Of a stretch of 31,211 nucleotides of DNA, positions 23,048 to 31,211 are shown piece by piece (the first letter of the stretch is position 1; each line of letters begins with the position of its first letter). Source of the DNA: Candidatus Levyibacteriota bacterium. Lineage in GTDB: Bacteria > Patescibacteriota > Microgenomatia > Levybacterales > UBA12049. The translations under genes and the position numbers were made by a program. The notes beneath the pieces are model-generated. The model saw only the letters and a program-made list of their open reading frames with translations. It did no database searches and was not told the DNA's origin. Location: NCBI GenBank assembly GCA_023245515.1, contig JAHFKE010000002.1:1-31211 (forward strand), written 5' to 3'.

Positions 23048-25387
23048 ATGGAGCAATATCCTTTGTACAAAAACAAACAACTGCCGTATTTATTCATTGT
23101 TCTATTACTTCTTATCGGTGTCGTAGTAGCTGTTAGCGTACTTATACAAAAACCGCTCCCGCTACGTAGTAAAGCGGCAAGTGGCCTGCTTATTATCCCG
23201 CCCACATTCCCAAAATTTTTTGCATCCGATCCCAATCTGGGACCACTCCTTACCGATATGTTTTATAGGCATTACTCGCAGCAAGTAGGCCCGAGTGCTT
23301 TTACCGGTGATCAGCAAACTAATTGGAGAGAGTGGAATGCATTATCCTCAGTCTGGGTCAATACAACTCTTAATAAGGTCAGTAGCACTTCGAACAAACC
23401 AAGCGTTTATGGCGGAGAATGGCCGGCAGATGATATGCATGACTATAATCGGGAGTTGCGTCACGCACTGCTCACGACAAAGATGGATGCTGACGGTTAT
23501 GTATGGATGTATGGAAGTAAGGATCGGGGTTGGCCCTTTCCGGAGCCTCCTTGTAGCGCACCTGGACAGACAGGATGCTACGATACGCGTCATCCTGTTA
23601 CGAATACCTCATTTATTTTGGCAAGTAAGCTTTACTATCTTTGGACGGGGGATAGAGACTTTCTCCAGGCAAATATGCCGAGAATTCGAAATGCAATCCA
23701 TTTCCTACAAACAAATCAAAAAGGTGATGCGTATTGGGTTTTGCAAAATGAATGGGCAGGGCATGATGGAGTTCCTGGAACGGGCACTGGAATAGGCTCG
23801 AATTATTGGGATCTACTTCCTTTCGGCTGGCGGGATACCTATGCCACCATGCAATATTATGCGTCTTTGCAGGCAGTGGCTGATTTGGAAGATATTGCCA
23901 AAGCTAACCCCAACGTGAGTATTCCGGTAAATCAATATGGAGAAACCCCTGAAAGCTTTCGACATAAAGCCTCAATGGTAAAACAAATTGCGGGCAATTA
24001 CTTTTGGTGGGATCCTGATTACCAAGGAACAGGCTCAAAAAATTATCGAAAAGGGAGGTTTTTTGGCGTTGTAGACAAAAATGGAAACAGTAAAGATTAT
24101 GGATTTGTATGGCTCAATTTGGAAGCGATCTATTATGGTTTTGCTAGTAGCGACCAGACACTCGCAATTCTTGATTGGCTGGACGGCAAGATTATCTTAC
24201 CCGGTGACACTTCCATCGGTTCTGATATCTATAAATGGGTGTTTGCGCCCCGGTCATCGACTCGTAACAATCCTGACTGGTATCTTTGGCTATGGGGCGC
24301 AAATCATACCTGGGAAGATCAAGTACAAAACGGAGGAACATCATTCTACCTTTCATTTTTCGATCTTTTTGATCGTGTCAAATATCTTGGGGCTGATAAT
24401 GCATTTCGTCGTTTGCAACAAATAACGAACTGGTATCAAACAGTCCAAAACGCAGGAGGATATCGGAGTTATTATCCCTCCGGTATGCTGCAAGGGTGTA
24501 GTACGCCGGGTAAAATTGGCATAGATTGTGAATTTGTTGAATCGACCATAGTTCCCACCTCGTTTCTCTATGGATTTTTGGGTATTGAGGCAAAAGGTGA
24601 TGGGCTTCATATAACCCCAAAAATTCCGTCGAACTTGTCATATATTGGAGTAGAGAACCTCTATTTTCAGGGAAACACCTTTAAAATCACTGCGCAAAAA
24701 ACCGGATCAACGAAGCTTCAGCTTGTGAAGCCTCGTTCATATGAAGTAACTGTTCTTGATGGACAAGAATATGTTATTCCTCCACGTATAGTTCTTGATG
24801 CACCAACGAATACGCCAGCCCCCCAAAACCCAAACCTAACGCTTGATACTGCAAAAGTAAATGTGACGCTTTTATTACATGGGATTGGGAAAGGTGGGGA
24901 TACCGTTAATCCAGTGGGTACAAGTAGCTCTAGGCCAATTCATGCACAGCGGACAGTTAGTCTGGAGTTCTATGATCTCAACAATCAATTGATACTATCT
25001 TCTCAAGGCATGGTTAGCTACAATCCCGCAGGCGGTAATTTTCAAGGGATTATTACTGTTGCGAATATATCTGCAGGATATTACAGGATAAAAGTAAAAG
25101 TATCTCGGTACTTGCAGAAGCTACAATCGGAAACTACCTTTTTAGCTCCTGGACAGACAGTATCCCTGGCTTCTTTAGCATTGACTGCAGGAGACAGCAA
25201 TGACGATAATCGTGTTTCTATACTTGATTACAATATGTTAATTGATTGTTTTTCAGACTTCGTACTGCCCAGGGATTGTAGTTCATCAAAGAAAAAAGAT
25301 GCGGCTGATCTAACAGATGATGGAAATGTGAATCAATTCGACTACAATCTCTTAATCCGTGGGATGTCAGCGGAAACAGGACAGTAG
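23048..25387 (+). CDS. Membrane-anchored six-hairpin glycosidase-like protein with C-terminal dockerin-like domain
   Basis: N-terminal TM. YYLWTGDRDFL..MPRIRNAI and YYASLQAVADL helices are typical of (alpha/alpha)6 GHs. FLYGFLGI..GLHITPKIP resembles a GH65-like tail. P/T linker, then two Ca-loop repeats GDSNDDNRVSILDY and ADLTDDGNVNQFDY. Confidence 0.75.
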   Translation: MEQYPLYKNKQLPYLFIVLLLLIGVVVAVSVLIQKPLPLRSKAASGLLIIPPTFPKFFASDPNLGPLLTDMFYRHYSQQVGPSAFTGDQQTNWREWNALSSVWVNTTLNKVSSTSNKPSVYGGEWPADDMHDYNRELRHALLTTKMDADGYVWMYGSKDRGWPFPEPPCSAPGQTGCYDTRHPVTNTSFILASKLYYLWTGDRDFLQANMPRIRNAIHFLQTNQKGDAYWVLQNEWAGHDGVPGTGTGIGSNYWDLLPFGWRDTYATMQYYASLQAVADLEDIAKANPNVSIPVNQYGETPESFRHKASMVKQIAGNYFWWDPDYQGTGSKNYRKGRFFGVVDKNGNSKDYGFVWLNLEAIYYGFASSDQTLAILDWLDGKIILPGDTSIGSDIYKWVFAPRSSTRNNPDWYLWLWGANHTWEDQVQNGGTSFYLSFFDLFDRVKYLGADNAFRRLQQITNWYQTVQNAGGYRSYYPSGMLQGCSTPGKIGIDCEFVESTIVPTSFLYGFLGIEAKGDGLHITPKIPSNLSYIGVENLYFQGNTFKITAQKTGSTKLQLVKPRSYEVTVLDGQEYVIPPRIVLDAPTNTPAPQNPNLTLDTAKVNVTLLLHGIGKGGDTVNPVGTSSSRPIHAQRTVSLEFYDLNNQLILSSQGMVSYNPAGGNFQGIITVANISAGYYRIKVKVSRYLQKLQSETTFLAPGQTVSLASLALTAGDSNDDNRVSILDYNMLIDCFSDFVLPRDCSSSKKKDAADLTDDGNVNQFDYNLLIRGMSAETGQ

Positions 25388-25450
25388 GCTTTTTGGAGAT
25401 ACGAAAAGAGACTACCAATTTCATAAAAATCATAGTATAGTATATATTCT

Positions 25451-26365
25451 ATGTACGACGTTATTATTATTGGCTCCGGTCCCTCCGGTCTCACAGCCGC
25501 TATTTATACCACTAGAGCAGCCTTAAAGACTCTTGTTATTGCAGGTGCCAAATGGGGTGGGCAGCTCATGCTGACAACCGAAGTTGAGAATTTCCCCGGT
25601 TTTCCCGAAGGTATTCAAGGTCCCGATTTGATGGCCAATATGCGTAAACAGGCAGAGCATCATGGGGCAGAGATAGTTGATGTCAACTTTATTAAAGGAG
25701 ACTTTAGTAAGGCTCCTTTCAAAGTCGAAGCAGGCGAGAAAACATATGAAGCCAAGTCTATCATTATCGCGACGGGTGCTGATACAAAGTGGTTGGGGGT
25801 TCCAGGTGAACAAGAGCGAATAGGGCGAGGGGTGTCATCATGTGCTCCGTGCGACGCACCTTTTTTCAAGGAAAAAGATGTTATTGTTGCAGGGGGAGGG
25901 GATAGCGCGATGGAGGAGGCTTGTGTTCTGACTCGTTTTGCCAAGAGCGTCACTATCGTACACCGCCGGGATGAGTTCAAGGCTTCCCAAGCTATGCTTG
26001 ATAAGGCCAAGGCCAATCCGAAGATCAAATTTGTCCTAAACTCTCAGATTGTTGAAATTTTGGGAGAAAATGTCGTAACAAGCGTGAAGCTTAAAAATTT
26101 AGTGACCACTGAAGAGAGCGAAATGTCGACGAATGGTGTTTTCGTAGCCATAGGTCATATTCCAAATAGCGCTGTCTTTCCCGGCATTGAGGTAGATGAG
26201 AAGGGTTTTATTAAGGTACACGAGCATACAAAGACTAATATCGAGGGAGTTTTTGTAGCAGGAGATGTCCACGATAGACAGTATATGCAGGCAATCACCG
26301 CCGCCGGTTTCGGCTGTGCCGCAGCTCTGGAGGCAGAGCGGTGGTTAGAACATCAAGAGGGCTAA
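25451..26365 (+). CDS. trxB: Thioredoxin-disulfide reductase
   Basis: IIGSGPSG, GGQL, ATGA, CAPCD, GGGDSAMEEA, HRRD, FVAGDV. Confidence 0.97.
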   Translation: MYDVIIIGSGPSGLTAAIYTTRAALKTLVIAGAKWGGQLMLTTEVENFPGFPEGIQGPDLMANMRKQAEHHGAEIVDVNFIKGDFSKAPFKVEAGEKTYEAKSIIIATGADTKWLGVPGEQERIGRGVSSCAPCDAPFFKEKDVIVAGGGDSAMEEACVLTRFAKSVTIVHRRDEFKASQAMLDKAKANPKIKFVLNSQIVEILGENVVTSVKLKNLVTTEESEMSTNGVFVAIGHIPNSAVFPGIEVDEKGFIKVHEHTKTNIEGVFVAGDVHDRQYMQAITAAGFGCAAALEAERWLEHQEG

Positions 26366-26472
26366 TCTCCCCGGCTGTATCAATCTCTCCATCCGTGCTC
26401 TTCGTGCACACGTCGTGGTGTCGATGATACGCGGCAGGCTGTCGCCGGTTTCGGCTGTGCCGCAGCTCTGGA
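26302..26472 (+). repeat. 30-bp exact direct repeat (trxB 3' end and a downstream copy)
   Basis: cgccggtttcggctgtgccgcagctctgga at 26302-26331 and 26443-26472. Confidence 0.95.
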
Positions 26473-26541
26473 AGCTGAAAGACGACTCGAGCTCAGGTGG
26501 CCATGCTTGAAATCTCATAGTTCTTATGATATAGTCGCCCC

Positions 26542-27759
26542 ATGTTAAAAGAGGTAAGTGCGGGAGGCGGAGCTTCTCGATTTGATTTTAGTCCATTTCG
26601 GGATCGGAGTAATACTCCACAAGGTTGGCGTGAAGCACATGCTGCTTTTTGGGAACAATATGAATCTCCTCGTTTTGAAGATGGAGCGAATGTCAGGTGG
26701 CAAGAATCTACCGGCTTAGCCCCACAAGATAGTCGCTTTACGCTTATTGTTCCTATCCACAATGAACAAAGATTTCTTCCTGATGCTCTTGGGGCACTTA
26801 TGTTTTCCGACCTTCCCAGCGATGTAAATGTAAATATCGTGCTGGCGACGAATGCCTGCTCTGATAGAAGTGGTGCTATTGTTGATGGATTTATGCGTGG
26901 AGTTGGAAGTGTAGAAGAAGTACCTTTTGACGATGCGTTGAGGACGAAGCTGGATGATAAGGGTCTGGATACGACGTTTAAGAGAGCCACTGTTGGTAAT
27001 ATAACGATTATGCACGTAAATACGACAACACCGGGAAAAGCAAATGCTATGAATTTAGGGAATGCGTTGGCAATTGAAAGTGGCCATGCTATTGCGATGA
27101 GTGTGGATGCAAATAACTTTTTAGAGCCTGAAGCTTTACGAAATATGTTTGGTGAGGCGCATAAAACTATTGTTGATAATCCTGACGGAACAGCTGTAGT
27201 AACAGGAAATGATAAACATGTGATGCCTCCTTCAATGGCGCATAGAATAAAAAAGATAATAAAAAGAAATTCAGAAGGAGTGGGAGTTGCAGGGGAGTCG
27301 AAGCTAAATGGATGGTTTAATGCCTGGGATACAGGATTCGTGGCAGAAATTGGAGGCATTCCACAAGTGGCAAGTGAGGACTATGCCTTAGGTGTTGCTA
27401 TTCGGAGAGCCGGACGGAGCTTCCACTGCGCATCAGGCGCGACAGTATGGGGTTATGAGGCAAACAGTGTGAAAGAGAGAATTAGTCTGTATGCTCGTGC
27501 TGTTCGTGGGAGATTGCAAATGCTTGAGCAAGATCCAAGCGCTGAACTGGAGACATTAATACGTGAAGACGCTGAGTATATGCGGCCATTAAAAGAGAGG
27601 GTAAAAGGATTATACGAAAGAGCTGTACAGAATAAAAAAAGAGCGCCGTTTCTTGCTATCAAGTTTTTAATGTACGAGCGAGGTATTCAAAAGGGGAGAA
27701 AGGATTTTGAAAGAGATCCCCAAAATCATTCCTGGGAAAGCGTTGGCTCTACAAAGTAG
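26542..27759 (+). CDS. Glycosyltransferase family 2-like protein (GT-A fold, divergent)
   Basis: FTLIVPIHNE, TNACSDRS, GKANAMN, SVDAN (DxD position), SEDYALG. Confidence 0.75.
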   Translation: MLKEVSAGGGASRFDFSPFRDRSNTPQGWREAHAAFWEQYESPRFEDGANVRWQESTGLAPQDSRFTLIVPIHNEQRFLPDALGALMFSDLPSDVNVNIVLATNACSDRSGAIVDGFMRGVGSVEEVPFDDALRTKLDDKGLDTTFKRATVGNITIMHVNTTTPGKANAMNLGNALAIESGHAIAMSVDANNFLEPEALRNMFGEAHKTIVDNPDGTAVVTGNDKHVMPPSMAHRIKKIIKRNSEGVGVAGESKLNGWFNAWDTGFVAEIGGIPQVASEDYALGVAIRRAGRSFHCASGATVWGYEANSVKERISLYARAVRGRLQMLEQDPSAELETLIREDAEYMRPLKERVKGLYERAVQNKKRAPFLAIKFLMYERGIQKGRKDFERDPQNHSWESVGSTK

Positions 27760-27805
27760 TTTCATACTTCAGATAATACCCCTTAATAAAATAAATAGAG
27801 TGAGA

Positions 27806-29500
27806 CTAAACCCCGTTAGTAGCTGAATTCGGATGCTCCTTAAGATATGTATGGTATTTTCTGGTAACACCCTCTAGCACTGCTTGAATTCTCTCTTTTG
27901 GCATGCTTCTCTGAAGAGCCCCAAGGACACCGTGGGCATTAGCTTTTGCTACCGTCCGCTCTTCGTCTGTTAAACCCGGTAGCCATTCCCACCATATTTG
28001 TCGATGTGATGTTTGTAGTCTCTCGTTTTGTTCACGGAGAAGGGCAATTGTTTCTCTTGCTTGCGCTAACCGCCTGTCTGGCGTTAGGTCTCCCTCAGTG
28101 ACTGGAATTATGCTCCCGGACGACAAGTCTTGTATTTGTTCTTGTAATCGTGCGTTTGCTCTTTGCAAGCTGGTAACTTGTTGTTGTGCATCCCGTTTGT
28201 CTTCTGTTAGTCTGCCTATTTGTTGCTGTAGCCGCGCCTTTTCTGCCTCTAATCTTGCGACTTGTGCTCCACCTTCTCTTTGTTGTTTCTCCCGTGTTAG
28301 TCTGTCGACCTGTTCCCGCAATTCTGCGTTGGCCCCGCCGAATATGGTAACTTGTTGTTGTGCACCCTGCTTATCTTGCGTAAGCCTGTCTACCCGTGCT
28401 TGTAATCGCAAGTTTTCTTTTTTCACGTCCTTGGCTTGTTGTTCCGCTTTTAGTTTGTCCCGCCTAAATATCTCTACTTGATGTCCAGCAGCTCCAGCGT
28501 TTTTTTGTGTTGTTTCGGGTTTTGCCTGATTTGCTGGTTGCTCCCTGGATTGATCTCCCTGTCTTAATTTTGGCTGCCAAGACAGAACAGGAAGCTCTGG
28601 CCTTTTGATACGTGCGTTTCTTGCAAGTTCATAGATCTCAGCTTCCGACATACCAGGGTTGATATCGGATTTTATAGATTGTATAAGGGCTTTTGTTTGC
28701 TCTGAGCCCAAACGCCTATCAATTGATGCTTGGATCAATGCACGCTGCATAGCAAAGTGCTCTTGTCCGGGATATGTGAAGGCTACCACTTGAAGACGGG
28801 TTTGCGTCAGGTTCTTAGAGCGCTCCTTTCCTCCCGTTGCAGTTCTTACATCCTTTACCAGTTCAGGATCAGATGCTTCTACGATTTTAAGAATCCCATG
28901 CATCGCACTGACTGTTTTATCCCAGCGTGTACATTTCTTTTCTACCCAGTCTTTCAGGCGTTTTTTTTCATCACGCGATAGATCTGCATTGTCAGATTTG
29001 TCATTAAGTGCTATGCCAAATGCTTGCGCAACACTAATACCTTTCTCTAAGAAAGGAGTGGTAGCATAAGATTTCTCAATCCATTTGGCGATACGTGGGA
29101 ATTGTACGGAGCGTACAGAACTTGCCGCAAGAATACGATAGTCAAATAGTTCTTCATCTGAGAGTCCATACAGCACTGTAGCATTAATTTCCTCATCTCC
29201 TGAGCTTTTTTTGCCTTCTGTCCGGTGGAATCCATCGATGATATCATAGACAATCTCGCCTCGTTCACCAAGGCGTGCTCTTACAGCAATTGGAGTGAGC
29301 TGTCCACGCGTGCCCTTCATTGATTCTCCAAGTTCTTGCGAGTGTGATTGATCAGTGAGTGATTCATCTGTAAGCACGGAGGCGAGTTTGATTGTTTCAA
29401 GACGTTCTGTTTCTACCCCGTGACGGAGAAGCTCACGGGGTGAGAGGAGGGCTGTTTCTCTATTGCTTCTTATTGTATCTGATTCGGTTGGTCTGGACAT
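27806..29500 (-). CDS. ParB/Srx N-terminal domain protein with long C-terminal coiled coil
   Basis: ELGESM...GQLTPIAV...YDIIDGFHR matches the ParB-N fold; Gln/Arg-rich heptad region from about aa 345 to 495. Confidence 0.75.
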   Translation of the reverse strand: MSRPTESDTIRSNRETALLSPRELLRHGVETERLETIKLASVLTDESLTDQSHSQELGESMKGTRGQLTPIAVRARLGERGEIVYDIIDGFHRTEGKKSSGDEEINATVLYGLSDEELFDYRILAASSVRSVQFPRIAKWIEKSYATTPFLEKGISVAQAFGIALNDKSDNADLSRDEKKRLKDWVEKKCTRWDKTVSAMHGILKIVEASDPELVKDVRTATGGKERSKNLTQTRLQVVAFTYPGQEHFAMQRALIQASIDRRLGSEQTKALIQSIKSDINPGMSEAEIYELARNARIKRPELPVLSWQPKLRQGDQSREQPANQAKPETTQKNAGAAGHQVEIFRRDKLKAEQQAKDVKKENLRLQARVDRLTQDKQGAQQQVTIFGGANAELREQVDRLTREKQQREGGAQVARLEAEKARLQQQIGRLTEDKRDAQQQVTSLQRANARLQEQIQDLSSGSIIPVTEGDLTPDRRLAQARETIALLREQNERLQTSHRQIWWEWLPGLTDEERTVAKANAHGVLGALQRSMPKERIQAVLEGVTRKYHTYLKEHPNSATNGV

Positions 29501-29620
29501 AAGTTAACGGAGCAGGATGAGGCAGGCCCTTATAATAGCACATGTTCATTTATTTTTCCAAGGTCTAATCTTGGTTGTGCGAAGTATTTGAAAGGGTGAG
29601 TTTGCCTTTCTAAAGGCCTA

Positions 29621-29649
29621 TTGACAGCCTCTATAGCCTATGTTAAGAT
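29621..29649 (+). promoter_or_regulatory. rRNA-type sigma70 promoter
   Basis: TTGACA(29621)-17 nt-TAAGAT(29644) with extended TG. Confidence 0.75.
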
Positions 29650-29786
29650 AACTTCTACAAACGGAAGAAATGTCGTTTATGATGCTATCTAATCTTATAC
29701 TTGTTCACCCATCAGTGGCTTAGAGCGTCTTCATAGTGGTCATTTCTCCTTTTTGTGTGGTTTATTAGTTTTTTTGTGGTCAGGCC

Positions 29787-29862
29787 GGGCTCGTAGCTTA
29801 GCTGGTAGAGCGCGTCATTTGCAATGATGAGGTCGAGAGTTCGAATCTCTTCGAGTCCACCA
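29787..29862 (+). tRNA. tRNA-Ala (anticodon TGC)
   Basis: 76 nt cloverleaf; GGGCTCG/CGAGTCC acceptor with G3:U70, anticodon loop TTTGCAA, GTTCGAATC T-loop, encoded CCA. Confidence 0.97.
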
Positions 29863-30018
29863 ATTGGAGTAGAATTAATAATAGATAACTTACTTGTGCT
29901 TTGGAGTAAGTCCCGCTAGCGGGATTGTCTCGAAAACATAAGCGTATTAGACCTTTGACAAGTGAAGAGAATATTCTCCATCAACGTAAAGCCTGATGGA
30001 GAATTAAAAACGTCTTTT

Positions 30019-31211
<1,193 letters not shown>

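Noticed and set aside
24653-24673. ENLYFQG, an exact TEV protease site, in the glycosidase
   Set aside because: It lies in a plausible natural beta-strand of a GH65-like C-terminal domain, with no tag or vector sequence nearby; most likely coincidence.
26493-27359. 288-aa minus-strand ORF (and other long antisense ORFs such as 9992..10534 and 18624..19148)
   Set aside because: Shadow frames of well-supported genes on the opposite strand.

Overview
Chromosomal window, standard genetic code, most likely from a Patescibacteria (CPR, Microgenomates-like) genome. That is an inference from an archaeal-type UMP kinase, an ATP-dependent DNA ligase, DUF5654, a dockerin-tailed surface enzyme, a divergent 23S rRNA and apparently leaderless genes. 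It holds housekeeping and repair genes (GT4, mutM, pyrH, recF, nnrD, gpsA, Fic, lig, EndoQ, pth, acyP), a copper/redox block (DsbA, Cof-HAD, CopA-type ATPase, TauE/DsbD-cupredoxin, CopZ, trxA, trxB), a six-hairpin glycosidase with dockerin, a GT2, and a ParB-domain coiled-coil protein. It ends with a promoter-tRNA-Ala-23S rRNA unit that has no 16S in front. I found no integrase, transposase or CRISPR. The strongest unexplained signals are three. (1) Families of 7-nt (and one 9-nt) tandem repeats occur as intergenic arrays, often inverted, and as in-frame stretches inside genes, with exact 17-19 nt matches between coding and intergenic copies. (2) Diverged relic 3' ends lie just behind the DNA ligase and trxB genes, the ligase one split by an in-frame 42-nt palindrome. 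(3) A GC-rich cassette with a structured leader, a BldC/MerR-like HTH and two unannotated small peptides sits between mutM and pyrH. All calls come from motif recognition by eye; no database search was run.
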